Part shown: one piece after another, positions 17,518 to 29,002 of the stretch
Numbering within the stretch: the first letter of the stretch is position 1
Layout of the letters: the number at the start of each line of letters is the position of its first letter
Source: Candidatus Endomicrobiellum trichonymphae
Lineage (GTDB): Bacteria; Elusimicrobiota; Elusimicrobia; UBA1565; UBA9628
Direction: 5' to 3'
DNA length: 32,232 nt
Assembly (NCBI GenBank): GCA_943372155.1
Contig: CALRXP010000003.1
Location: 1-32,232, forward strand
Notes under the pieces: generated by a model
What the model was told of the DNA's origin: nothing
Database searches by the model: none
What the model saw: the letters and a program-made list of their open reading frames with translations, nothing else
Made by a program: the position numbers and the translations under genes

Positions 17518-18699
17518 CTACTTAATCAGAGCCAGGCTCGACGTGTAGCCGTGCACGAAGTTGCGGCCGCCGACGGGGCCGAATTCGCCGTTGGCGAAGA
17601 AGCCGGCCATCGGCACGGGGCCGCGCAGGCTCTGCACCAAGGTCGCGTCGTGGTCGGAGTCACCGTAGAGGCCCTTGCCCCGGCCGCAGCAGGAGAAGAG
17701 CAGCGCGCCGCGAGGCGCGGCGTCGGTCTCCGGCAGGAGGCCCAGCAGCATCGAGAAATCCTGGTCGGAGGTGTGCGCGTCGCGTAGCTGAAACTGCAAG
17801 GTCTGGCCGCGGCGCAGGTTCGTGCCGAGCACCAGCGAGCCGGACTCGTTGTCGTAGCCGATCAAGTTGCGGATGACGAAGTCGCCGCGGCGGAACTCCG
17901 AGCGGCCTTCGTTCATGACCAAGCCGGCGAACAGGGCGCTTCGCGCGAGTCGCTGGTCTTCGGGGGAGCACTTCGAGAGCGTCTCCCGCAGGACCTCGAG
18001 AGGATTGCGCCCGCCCAATTCATGCAGGACGTTGCCCTCGGCCTTGGTCACGATCAGGGGATCGCCGATCGGGCGGCAGCCCTGGGCGACGACGGTCTGA
18101 ATCTCGACCGGACCGACGAGCGCCACGCCCGCGAGACCTTGGCGGTGGACCTGAGAACCGAGCAGCATCCAGGACGGCTTGTGCAGGATCAGGCCGCTGG
18201 CCATGCCGCCCACGAGCGGGGCGCCCGGATAGCCTTCGTTGAACAGCGCGGCCATGCGCTCGGGATCGGCGCTCGCCGGATCGCCGAGGATCATGAACTT
18301 GGGGTTCTCGTTCGGATACAGGTCGAGCTCGCGCACGAGCGCGGCGCCGTTCTCGAGCTTGCCGAGCTCCGCCTGGGCGAAGGAGAAGGGCTGGACGCGC
18401 ACGCCGGGCAGGTGCATGGCCAAAATTGAGACGCCGGGGGTCATCTCGACCTCCTTGCGTCCGGCGATCACGCCGCTGGCGTTGCAGCCGAGCACGCGCA
18501 GGGGCGCCAGGCCCTTCGCGAGAAGAGTGGAGAACTCCGCCGGGTCGAAATCGCCGAAGGCCTCGGAGACGAACACGAGCGCCAGATCGCAAGTTCCCGC
18601 GCCGAGGCGCGTGCGCGCCGCCTTGGCGGCCGCGGCGGCGGCCTTGCGCCAATCCTTGTCGTCGGAGAATCCCTCCGCGAAGCGTTTCGCGTCGGTCAC
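17518..18699 (-). CDS. FIST domain signal-transduction protein
   Basis: 393 aa: GCNASGVI, GGMASG, VVAQGCRPIG, GQTLQFQLRD, ALLFSCCGRG, GFFANGEFGP, HGYT. Confidence 0.9.
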   Translation of the reverse strand: MTDAKRFAEGFSDDKDWRKAAAAAAKAARTRLGAGTCDLALVFVSEAFGDFDPAEFSTLLAKGLAPLRVLGCNASGVIAGRKEVEMTPGVSILAMHLPGVRVQPFSFAQAELGKLENGAALVRELDLYPNENPKFMILGDPASADPERMAALFNEGYPGAPLVGGMASGLILHKPSWMLLGSQVHRQGLAGVALVGPVEIQTVVAQGCRPIGDPLIVTKAEGNVLHELGGRNPLEVLRETLSKCSPEDQRLARSALFAGLVMNEGRSEFRRGDFVIRNLIGYDNESGSLVLGTNLRRGQTLQFQLRDAHTSDQDFSMLLGLLPETDAAPRGALLFSCCGRGKGLYGDSDHDATLVQSLRGPVPMAGFFANGEFGPVGGRNFVHGYTSSLALIK

Positions 18700-20249
18700 T
18701 TCTTTTCTCCCTTCACGGCCTCGGCCACGGCGGGCACGCCCGCGGGCTCGGCGGCGTCGGCGAGGCGGCGCAGGTCCGAGCCGCAGCCGAAGACGCGCGG
18801 ATAGGTGTCGGCCTCGAGGCGGTGCGCGAGGATGTAGTCCTGGTCGTCCGGGTCGACGAAGGAGATGATCTTGCGCGGCAGATAGAGCCGGTGCACGGCC
18901 GCGAGCAGGGCGTCGGCCTTGGGCTCCCCGGTGCGGCCGACGAGCTCGAAGTCCATGCGCCCGCGCGCGTGCAGATCGGCGATGCGCGCCAGAGCCGCGC
19001 GTCCGAGGGCGTCGTCTCCCGTCGCGTTCCAGGCGCCGCGCAGGCCCCAGTCGAGCCAGCGGCGGTAGTTGTGATTGCCCTTGAGATGGTGCATGCGCCG
19101 GCAGACCTCAAGCGCCCGCGCGTTGAGCGCAGGATCGAGGCGCGGCTCGCGCAGGATCGCCGGGTCGCCGGTCCGCGACACGCGATCAAGGAAGCCCCCG
19201 CCGTCGCGCTCCCACAGCTCTTGGAAAAGGAACCGGAGCATCGCGTCGGCGAATTCGCGGTGAGCCTTCATGCCGGTGGCGATGAAGCCGTCCGTGAAGG
19301 CGAGCGCGGTCTCGGCCGCGTCGCCGAGAAGTCCGACGACGGACTCGCCGTCGCCGCCCGCCGAGTGTTGGAGGCCGAGAAGCGGATCGTAGAGGCGCGT
19401 CTGCAGAAAGCTCAGCGCCTTCATCGCGGCCTCTCCGGCGCCGGGCTGGCCGAAGGCGTGGGCGCGCAGCAAGGAGGAGGCGGCGAGCGCGTTGCCGTCC
19501 GCGGGATAGACGGCCGCCTCGGGCAGGCCGGCGCGGCGGAAGGCGCCGGCCGAGGCGTCCCACAACGTCCGGAGCAGATAGTCGCCGCAGGCGGTGGCGG
19601 CGTCGCGCCAGCGCGCCTCGCCGGTCAGCGCGTGGGCGTCCCAGTACAAGGCCGCCCACCGCGCGTGCAAAGACAGGGGAGAGCCGTGACCGGAAAGGAA
19701 GCGGCGCCCGACCGCGTCCCAGCCGGCCCAACGTAGCTCGAGGGCGCGGGTCAGGGCGGCGCGCGCCGGCGCGTCGCCGCGCTCGCCGGCGGCATGGAGC
19801 AGGCACTCGACGAGAGCGGGTTCGGCGGAGGCGGGCAGAGCGTTGAGCGCGGCCAGCGCGGCGGAGACCTTGCCCTCGTCGGGGGCCTCGGCCAATGCCG
19901 TCTCGCGTACCGCGCCGGTCCAGGCGGGGCCGGACTCCTTGGACGCGAGCGGGGCCGACGCCTCCTTGGCCAGACGCTCGAGCTCGGCGGGCAACGACGC
20001 GGAGGGCAAGGAGAGGACCGCGCGCCGCGCGCCGTCGCTGTCGAGCACGACCGCGCCGCGGCCGATGCGCGCCGCGGCGTCGGGGCGCGTCTCCGGATCG
20101 GCGAGCACCGCGACGAAGCGGCTGGCGATCTCGGGCTCGGCGGAGGTCAACGTCTCCGGCGGCAGAGGCCCCACTGCGGCGAGGATGGGCTTGCCCTGCG
20201 CTTTCGCGCGGGCGAACGCCTCGGCCGTCCAGGCGATCCAGGGGCTCAT
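18696..20249 (-). CDS. Degenerate YyaL/DUF255-like protein (thioredoxin-like N-terminus plus six-hairpin barrel)
   Basis: Start corrected to ATG 20249 (TGATG overlap), 517 aa. W.AW..EAFARAKAQGKPI, FVAV..D.ETRPD, DYLLRTLWD..AGAF, GLLGD.A, LWERDGGGFLD. It lacks the usual CHWCH and HFEKMLYD motifs. Confidence 0.7.
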   Translation of the reverse strand: MSPWIAWTAEAFARAKAQGKPILAAVGPLPPETLTSAEPEIASRFVAVLADPETRPDAAARIGRGAVVLDSDGARRAVLSLPSASLPAELERLAKEASAPLASKESGPAWTGAVRETALAEAPDEGKVSAALAALNALPASAEPALVECLLHAAGERGDAPARAALTRALELRWAGWDAVGRRFLSGHGSPLSLHARWAALYWDAHALTGEARWRDAATACGDYLLRTLWDASAGAFRRAGLPEAAVYPADGNALAASSLLRAHAFGQPGAGEAAMKALSFLQTRLYDPLLGLQHSAGGDGESVVGLLGDAAETALAFTDGFIATGMKAHREFADAMLRFLFQELWERDGGGFLDRVSRTGDPAILREPRLDPALNARALEVCRRMHHLKGNHNYRRWLDWGLRGAWNATGDDALGRAALARIADLHARGRMDFELVGRTGEPKADALLAAVHRLYLPRKIISFVDPDDQDYILAHRLEADTYPRVFGCGSDLRRLADAAEPAGVPAVAEAVKGEKK

Positions 20250-21307
20250 CAGGCGGAAGCCGTGTCCTCGGACAGCTCGAACATGCGCTCGATGGGCTTG
20301 AGCGCGCGCGCGGCGATGGAGGCCGGAACCTCGATGCGCTGGGACGCGGTCGGCCGCTCGAGAGCGGACAGGACGCGTTCGAGCGTCACCGCCTTCATAT
20401 GCGGGCACAGGCGGCACATGGGCACGAAGACCTTGTCCGGGAACTTCGTGCGGGCCAAATCCCCCAAGCCGCACTCGGTGATGAGCATGTAGGACGACGC
20501 CTTATGATCGTCCACCCACTTCATCATATCGCCCGTGCCGCCGATGTAGTCCACGACCGAGGTCAGGGCCGGGGTGCATTCGAAGTGCGCCAGAATCTTC
20601 ACGCCCGGGTACATCTTCCGGTAGAACTCCACCGAGGAGGCGTCGAAATTGTCATGCACGATGCACGTGCCTTCCCAGACGATCAGGTCCTTGCCGATCG
20701 TCTTGCCGAGCTCCTTGGCGAGATTGGCGCCCATCATGGCGTCGGGCGCGAAGATTACCTTCTCGTGCTTCTCGTAGAGCTTGCGCATGATCTTCGGCGC
20801 GTTGGCGCTGGTGACGACGACATCGCATTCCGCCTTCACGGCCACGGTCGTGTTGATGTACACGGCGACGGGCGCGCCGGGGTGTTTTTTCTTGAGCGCG
20901 CGCACGTCGGCGGCGGTAATGGATTCCGACAGCGAGCAGCCGGCCTCGGGCGCGGGCAGGAGGACCACCTTGTCCGGGCTCAGGATTTTAGCGGTCTCGG
21001 CCATGAAGCGCACGCCGCAGAAGACGATGGTCTTGGCGTCGGAGGCGGCGCCGAGCTTGGCCAGCTTATACGAATCGCCGATCATGTCGGCCACGCCGAG
21101 AAGAATTTCCGGGCGCTGATAAACGTGCGCCGGTATGATCGCCTTCTGTTCCTTCTTGAGGCGGTTGATCTTCCAGGTCAGGCGCGCGGCGCGCTCCAGC
21201 TCCTCGTCGCGGTAGCCGAGCCCGGCGAGGCCCTTGTCGGCGAGGCGGGACGCCTCGATCTCCAGCTCCGCGGGCGACGGCTCGAAGGCGGCGAGCTTCA
21301 ACGCCAT
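20249..21307 (-). CDS. nadA: Quinolinate synthase
   Basis: 352 aa: AH.YQ, GDS, FCGVRFMAETAKILSP, AGCSL, YINT, CIVH, AHFEC, CPHMK (three Fe-S cysteines). Confidence 0.95.
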   Translation of the reverse strand: MALKLAAFEPSPAELEIEASRLADKGLAGLGYRDEELERAARLTWKINRLKKEQKAIIPAHVYQRPEILLGVADMIGDSYKLAKLGAASDAKTIVFCGVRFMAETAKILSPDKVVLLPAPEAGCSLSESITAADVRALKKKHPGAPVAVYINTTVAVKAECDVVVTSANAPKIMRKLYEKHEKVIFAPDAMMGANLAKELGKTIGKDLIVWEGTCIVHDNFDASSVEFYRKMYPGVKILAHFECTPALTSVVDYIGGTGDMMKWVDDHKASSYMLITECGLGDLARTKFPDKVFVPMCRLCPHMKAVTLERVLSALERPTASQRIEVPASIAARALKPIERMFELSEDTASA

Positions 21308-22008
21308 AAATTCAGCTCCGGATAGTTGCAGAAAATGCCGTCCACGCCGAGCTTGTTGAGACGGTCGCGTTCGACCGGCGTGTTCACCGTGTAGACGAGA
21401 ATCTTCCGCCCGCGGTCGTGCGCGGCCTTGACCGTGCGCGCGAGCGTCTGGCGGACGCTCAGGTTGAGGCTCTCGGCGTCGATGTCCTTCATTTCCTTAA
21501 GGGCGGTCTTGAGAGTGGTCAGGCCGAGAAGATAGCCCAGCCGCACCTTCTCGTCGAGGGAGCGCACGGAGTACAGCGCGGCGTGATCGAAGCTGGAGAC
21601 GACGGTGCGCGCGAGCGCGTCGCGCTTATGAATGAGATCGACGACGCGCTCCTCGATGCCGGGGTAGACCGAAGAGCCGCGCTTAATCTCGACGTGAAGC
21701 TCGACGCTCTTCGGCAGGATGTCGAACACGTCCTCGAGCCGCGGAAGCCTTTCGCCGGTGAAGCTTTTATCGAACCAGGACCCGACGTCGAGACCGGAGA
21801 CGTCGTCCCAGTGGACGTTCTTGAGGCGGCGCTTGTCGCGGCCGCAACGCTTGAGGTCGTCGTCGTGCGCGACAACGAGCTCGTGGTCGAGGGTCTGGTG
21901 CACGTCGAGCTCGATGGCAGGCGCGCCCATGGCGATCGCGCGCAGGAACGAGGCCATCGTGTTCTCGGGGGCATGGCCGCTGGCGCCGCGGTGGGCGATG
22001 ACGAGCAT
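21298..22008 (-). CDS. Glycerophosphodiester phosphodiesterase family protein
   Basis: Start corrected to ATG 22008 (TAATG overlap), 236 aa. IAHRGASGHAPENT, IELDV, VAHD, VEIK, SSFD, YTVN, GVDGI..NYP. Confidence 0.92.
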   Translation of the reverse strand: MLVIAHRGASGHAPENTMASFLRAIAMGAPAIELDVHQTLDHELVVAHDDDLKRCGRDKRRLKNVHWDDVSGLDVGSWFDKSFTGERLPRLEDVFDILPKSVELHVEIKRGSSVYPGIEERVVDLIHKRDALARTVVSSFDHAALYSVRSLDEKVRLGYLLGLTTLKTALKEMKDIDAESLNLSVRQTLARTVKAAHDRGRKILVYTVNTPVERDRLNKLGVDGIFCNYPELNLWR

Positions 22009-22829
22009 TACTGCAGGACCTCCAGGACGGGCCCGACGGCGACGTCCTCGTAATCGATGCCGAGCTTCTCTTCGCGGCCCGTGCCCGGTCCGTGGAAATC
22101 GGAGCCGCCCACGGCCAGCAGGCCCTTCGCCGTCGCCCACTCGCCGTAATTTCGCAGTTGCGTAGGCGTGTGCCCGGAGTAATACACCTCGATGCCCTGC
22201 AGACCCGCCGCGCGCAAATCTTCGAGCTCGTTGACCTTGCCCGCGGTCTGCGGGTGCGCGAGGCAGGCGGTCCCGCCCGCGTCGCGGATCAGCGCGATGG
22301 CCTCGCGCGGGCTCGGGCCCATGGACTCGACGTAGCCGGGCTTTCCTTTGATGAGAAAGCGCTCGAAAGCTTCCTTGCGGCTTTTGACGACGCCCAGGCG
22401 CCGCAGCGCGTCGGCGACGTGCGGCCGGCCGAGCGTTTCATGCGCGCCGGACTGGACGTCCGCGAACTCGATGGCGATGCCGAGCGCGCGCAGATTCTCG
22501 ACGATGCGCTTGGAGCGCACGGCGCGGCGCTCGCGGAATTCGGAGAGGCGCTCCGCGAAGCCCGCGGACGCGACGTCGATGCCGTAGCCGAGGACGTGGA
22601 CCCGGTCGGCGGCCCCCTCGCCGGCGCAGTTGATCTCGATGCCGAGGCGGACGTTCAATCCCTCGACCTTGGCCGCGGCGAACAGCTCGGGACCGCCGGA
22701 GACGCTGTCATGATCGGTCAGCGTCAGGAGCTCGACCCCGTTCTTCACCGCGCGGGAAACGAGCTCCGCCGGAGTCAACGTTCCGTCGGAGAAGATCGAG
22801 TGGCAGTGCAGTTCGACGCGCTTGGGCAC
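22008..22829 (-). CDS. PHP domain phosphoesterase (YciV/TrpH-like)
   Basis: 273 aa: LHCHS.FSDG, LTDHD, GIEI, VHVLGY, GRPHVA, LAHP, GIEVYY, GGSDFHG. Confidence 0.92.
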   Translation of the reverse strand: MPKRVELHCHSIFSDGTLTPAELVSRAVKNGVELLTLTDHDSVSGGPELFAAAKVEGLNVRLGIEINCAGEGAADRVHVLGYGIDVASAGFAERLSEFRERRAVRSKRIVENLRALGIAIEFADVQSGAHETLGRPHVADALRRLGVVKSRKEAFERFLIKGKPGYVESMGPSPREAIALIRDAGGTACLAHPQTAGKVNELEDLRAAGLQGIEVYYSGHTPTQLRNYGEWATAKGLLAVGGSDFHGPGTGREEKLGIDYEDVAVGPVLEVLQ

Positions 22830-22830
22830 G

Positions 22831-23061
22831 TTAAACCGCGACGACTTCCTTGATCTCGGGAATCTCCTGGCGGACCATGCGCTCGACGCCGCCCTTCAGG
22901 GTGGCCGTGGAGCTGGGGCAGGTGCCGCAGGCGCCGGACAACGTCACTTTGACGATGCCCGCGGCCTCGTCCACCGACACTAAAGAGATATCGCCGCCGT
23001 CAGACTGGATGTAGGGGCGGATCTTCTCGAGAACCTTCTCGACGCGCTCGTAAGTGGTCAT
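22831..23061 (-). CDS. NifU C-terminal / Nfu-type Fe-S carrier
   Basis: 76 aa: IRPYIQSDGGD, GACGTCPSS..TLK.GVE. RBS GGGAGG. Confidence 0.93.
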   Translation of the reverse strand: MTTYERVEKVLEKIRPYIQSDGGDISLVSVDEAAGIVKVTLSGACGTCPSSTATLKGGVERMVRQEIPEIKEVVAV

Positions 23062-23080
23062 AAAATGAATCCTCCCTTAT

Positions 23081-23548
23081 TTATTTGCCGGACGCGAGCT
23101 TCTCGAGCCACTCGGGTGCGGCACCGCAGGTCCCGCCCTTCTGCGCGAGGATCGCGGCCAAGGTCACGCCGTCGAAATAGCCGTTGACCAGCTCGCCGAG
23201 CTTCGTCCACACCGGCGAGATGGCGCAATGCCCCTGATGCCGGCAGTCCTTCGTGCCCGAGGTAAAGCGTTCGCACGTCTCCTCGAAGACCGCGCCGTCC
23301 ACGGCGCGCACGACTTGCGCCAAGGTGATTTCCTTCGGCTCGCGCGACAGCGAGTAGCCGCCCGCGCTGCCGCGATGGCTCGTCACGAGGCCGGCGCGGC
23401 GCAGCTTGACCAGGATCTGGCTCACGTAGTCGCCGGGCACGTTCTCGGTCTCGGCCAGGCGCTCCGCCGGCAGCGGCGCCTTGCCGTGTTCGGCGGCCAA
23501 GGTCACCATCAGGCGCGTCGCGTACTCGATCGAGCTCGTGATTCTCAT
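23081..23548 (-). CDS. Rrf2 family transcriptional regulator (IscR-like, three Cys)
   Basis: 155 aa. Winged HTH YVSQIL.KLRRAGLV.S.RG..GGY and C-x9-C-x5-C. Confidence 0.92.
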   Translation of the reverse strand: MRITSSIEYATRLMVTLAAEHGKAPLPAERLAETENVPGDYVSQILVKLRRAGLVTSHRGSAGGYSLSREPKEITLAQVVRAVDGAVFEETCERFTSGTKDCRHQGHCAISPVWTKLGELVNGYFDGVTLAAILAQKGGTCGAAPEWLEKLASGK

Positions 23549-23555
23549 AGGATCC

Positions 23556-23894
23556 TCAGTACAGGCCCAACTGCTCCTTGGCTTCCTCGGTCGCCATCGT
23601 GCGCGGGTCCCAGCCCGGCACGAAGGTCAGGTCCACGTCCACGTCCTTGATGCCGGGAAGCTTGGTGAGGGCGGTGTGCACGGAGGCGAGCAACATCGGC
23701 CCGTACGGGCAGGCGGGCGAGGTCAGACTCATGCGCACCTTGACCGAGCGGCCCTTGGCCGATTCGCCGAACTCGGCGCCGTAGACGAGGCCGAGGTCCA
23801 CGATGCTGATGTGGATCTCCGGATCCTGGACCGGCTGAAGGGCGGCGCCGACCTCCTTAAAGGTGGCCTCGGCGGCTTCCGTTTTCGCGCTCAT
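23556..23894 (-). CDS. DUF59 / SufT-like Fe-S assembly factor
   Basis: 112 aa: DPEIHISIVDLGLVY, MSLTSPACP, W...M.TEEAK..LG. Confidence 0.92.
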   Translation of the reverse strand: MSAKTEAAEATFKEVGAALQPVQDPEIHISIVDLGLVYGAEFGESAKGRSVKVRMSLTSPACPYGPMLLASVHTALTKLPGIKDVDVDLTFVPGWDPRTMATEEAKEQLGLY

Positions 23895-24337
23895 GACTTT
23901 TTAACCTCGAAGCCCTGCATGACGGTGTTCCAGCCGAGCGTCGCGCATTTCACGCGCAACGGGAACTTGCGCACGCCCTCGAGGGACGCGAGCTGCTCGA
24001 GCTCGGGCGGCAGGCCGGCGACGTCGCCGTTTTCGAGCATCAGCTTCTTGAACGCGGCGACGAGCGACTTCGCCTTGGGAATATCGGTTCCTTCCAGAGC
24101 TTCGGCCATCATCGCGGCGCTGGCCTGGGAGATCACGCAGCCGTGGCCGGCGTACCGGAGCTTAGCGACCTTGCCGTCCTTCAGCTCGGCCGTGATCTCG
24201 AGCTCGTCGCCGCAGACGGGGTTGATCCCGTGCGCGCGCAGGTCCGCCGGATCCACCTTGCCCTTGCGGGTCGTGGAACGGAAATAGTCGAGGAGCACCT
24301 CGCGATAAAGATCCTGCAGTTCCGCGTCGCCTTCCAT
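23891..24337 (-). CDS. sufU: SUF system NifU-family sulfur-transfer protein SufU
   Basis: Start corrected to ATG 24337 (TAATG overlap), 148 aa. LYREVLLD, NPVCGD, GCVISQASA, RVKCATLGW. Confidence 0.92.
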   Translation of the reverse strand: MEGDAELQDLYREVLLDYFRSTTRKGKVDPADLRAHGINPVCGDELEITAELKDGKVAKLRYAGHGCVISQASAAMMAEALEGTDIPKAKSLVAAFKKLMLENGDVAGLPPELEQLASLEGVRKFPLRVKCATLGWNTVMQGFEVKKS

Positions 24338-25587
24338 TACCGCACCCCCGCCTTGGGTTTGACCTTGAAGAATTCGAGCGTGCGCTTGAGCGCGCGCCCG
24401 AAGGCTTCCACGTCCGACTCGTCGTTGTAGAGATAAAAGCTGGCCCGGGCCGTACCGCCGCACTGGAGAAGGTGCATCAGCGGCTGGCAGCAATGGTGGC
24501 CGACGCGCACCGCGACGCCCTCGAGGTCGAACGCCGTGCCCACGTCGTGCGGGTGCAGACCGGGAACGTTAAAGGAGACCACGCCGGAGCGCTTGGCCGG
24601 ATCCGTCGGCCCGAGGACCGTCATGCCCTCGGCCTCGAGGATCGCGCGCGTCTTATCGGCAAGCGCGTTCTCGTGCTTCGCGATATTGTCCAGACCGACG
24701 GCCGACAGATAGTCGAGCGCGGGCCCGAAGGCCACCTGGTCGGCGAAGTTGGGCGTGCCGGCCTCGAACTTGTACGGGAGCTCGTTCCACGTGGACTTCT
24801 CGAGGGTGACGCGTGAGATCATGTCGCCGCCGCCGAGGAAGGGGTCCATGGCCTCGAGAAGCTCCTCACGGCCCCACAAAACGCCGATGCCCGTAGGCCC
24901 GAGCATCTTGTGCGCGGAGAAAGAGACGAAATCGGCGCCCCAAGTCTTGAGATCCATGGGCTTGTGCGGCGCCCACTGACAGGCGTCCACGGACACGACG
25001 GCGCCGGCCGCTTTGCCCATTTTGATGAGCTCGAGCACGGGGTTAACGGTCCCGATCGCGTTAGACAGCGCGGTGAAGGTGAACAGCTTCGGGCCCTTGG
25101 CCAGAAGCTCCTTGGCCTTCTCCATGTTCAACGTGCCGTCGAGGTTGACGGGCACGAACTCGAGCTTGATCCCGCGCTCGGCGGCGAGCAACTGCCACGG
25201 CACGATGTTCGAGTGGTGCTCCATCTCGGTCGAGAGGACGATGTCCCCCGCCTTCAGGAACTTGCGCGCCCAGGCGTGGGCGATGAGGTTGAGCGACTCG
25301 GTGGCGTTGCGCGTGAAGATCAAGGTCTGGGGCTTCGGCGCGCCGACGAAGGCGGCGAGCTTCGTGCGCGTGAGCTCGGCCATGTTCGTGGACTCTTCGG
25401 AGAGCGTGTGCACGCCGCGATGGACGTTGGCGTTATGTTTCTCGTAAAAGTCGACCAACGACTGGATCACGACCCGCGGCTTCTGCGTGGTCGCCGCGTT
25501 GTCGAGGTACGCCAGCGGCTTGCCGCGCACCAGGCGCTTTAAGATCGGAAAATCGGCGCGGTATTTTGCGGCGTCGAAGCGGCTCAT
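24337..25587 (-). CDS. sufS: Cysteine desulfurase, group II
   Basis: 416 aa: YLDNAATTQKP, NVHRGVH, EHHSN.VPW, FSAHKM.GPTG, FEAGTP, RVGHHC. Confidence 0.96.
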   Translation of the reverse strand: MSRFDAAKYRADFPILKRLVRGKPLAYLDNAATTQKPRVVIQSLVDFYEKHNANVHRGVHTLSEESTNMAELTRTKLAAFVGAPKPQTLIFTRNATESLNLIAHAWARKFLKAGDIVLSTEMEHHSNIVPWQLLAAERGIKLEFVPVNLDGTLNMEKAKELLAKGPKLFTFTALSNAIGTVNPVLELIKMGKAAGAVVSVDACQWAPHKPMDLKTWGADFVSFSAHKMLGPTGIGVLWGREELLEAMDPFLGGGDMISRVTLEKSTWNELPYKFEAGTPNFADQVAFGPALDYLSAVGLDNIAKHENALADKTRAILEAEGMTVLGPTDPAKRSGVVSFNVPGLHPHDVGTAFDLEGVAVRVGHHCCQPLMHLLQCGGTARASFYLYNDESDVEAFGRALKRTLEFFKVKPKAGVR

Positions 25588-26767
25588 GATTTGGCCTCCA
25601 CGGCCTCGGGCGTGCGCCCGTGCAGCGCGTCGGCCAGCGCCGACTTGAGCGGCTCGAGACCGACACGGTCGATCATCTCGGAGCCGAAGGCGTACACGAG
25701 CAGGCGCCGCGCGGCGTCGGCGCCGATGCCGCGGGAGCGCAGGTAGAACAGCGCTTCCTGGGACATCTGCCCGACCGCGCCGCCGTGCTTGCAGGACACG
25801 TCGTCGGCGAAAATCTTGAATTCCGGATTGGTGTTGACCCGGGCGTCCTCGGACAACAGCAAGTTCTTGTTGTAAACCTGCGCGTCGGTCTTCTGCGCGC
25901 CGGGCTTCACGTGGATCAGACCGTCGAAGACGTAGCGTGACTTGTCGTCGAGAACGGCCTTATAGAGCTCGCGCGTGATGCCGCCGACGGCCGCGTGCTC
26001 GACGACCGTGTGATGGTCGGCGAACTCCGAGCCCGCGAGCAGCGCGAGGCCGTTGAAATGCGCCTCCGCCCCCTCGCCCGCCATACGCGCGCGGACGTCC
26101 TCGCGCGCGAAATAACCCGACAAATTGAAGACGTGCGACTCGTAGCGCGCGCGGGAGCCGATTTCGGCTTCGAGCGCGACGGTGAGGCGGCCCTGGGCGC
26201 CCTGGCGGACGACGCGGTAATGCTTGAGCGCGGCGCCCTCCGCGAGGACGACCTGCGCGCGGACGTTGGACCAGAACGGGGCGTCGCCGAAAGCGGCGTA
26301 CTCCTCGACGATCTCGGCGGAGGCGCCGGGCTCGAGAACGATCAGCACGCGGGCGTGGGCGGCTTCGGCGCGATTGGCCGAGGACTCGGCCAGGTGGATG
26401 AGATGGATAGGCTGATCGACGCGCACGTGGCGGCCGACGCGAACCACGATGCCGTCCTTGGCCTGGGCCGCCGCGAGCGCGGCCAGAGGGAGGTCGGCGG
26501 GGAGGGCCGCGGCGAGCAGGGCCTTCAGATCGCCCGCGCCCGACAAGCTCTCGACGCTCACGCCGTTGGGCAGCTTAAGCAAAGCGTGCTTGGACTCCCA
26601 GCGGCCGTTGACGAGCGCGGCGCGATGGAATCCGACGGGGCAGAGGACGCGTCCGCCGAGCGGCGGCTGAGACGCGGGCATGCCGGCGGGCTCGAAGCGA
26701 GGGCCCGTCAGAGCTTCACCGGGGGTGAAGCGCCAGCCTTCCTTCTGGGCGGCGAGGGCTTCTTTGA

Positions 26768-26771
<4 letters not shown>
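25584..26771 (-). CDS. sufD: Fe-S cluster assembly protein SufD
   Basis: 395 aa: FDGLI.V..GAQKTDA...[28 protein letters not shown]. Confidence 0.95.
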
Positions 26772-27520
<749 letters not shown>

Positions 27521-27521
27521 A

Positions 27522-28961
<1,440 letters not shown>

Positions 28962-28967
28962 AGGGAC

Positions 28968-28996
28968 AGTATATCATTCCTGACTAATTTAGTCAA
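28968..28996 (-). promoter_or_regulatory. sigma70 promoter of the suf operon
   Basis: The minus strand reads TTGACT-17 nt-TATACT with a TG extension, 6 nt before the sufB ATG. Confidence 0.8.
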
Positions 28997-29002
28997 GAAT
29001 GA
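28974..29002. promoter_or_regulatory. Rrf2/IscR type-1-like operator palindrome
   Basis: TCATTCCTGACTAA-T-TTAGTCAAGAATGA has 14-bp arms with one mismatch. Core 28976-29000 fits the IscR type-1 consensus ATASYYGACTRwwwYAGTCRRSTAT at 23 of 25 positions and covers the suf -35. Confidence 0.85.

Noticed and set aside
18426-21325. Plus-strand ORFs of 436 and 476 aa
   Set aside because: Arg/Pro-rich off-frame translations antisense to the YyaL-like gene and nadA.
23058-23276. 72-aa alternative-frame ORF overlapping rrf2 and abutting nfu
   Set aside because: It lies almost wholly within rrf2 and has no motif or RBS; nfu has its own strong RBS.
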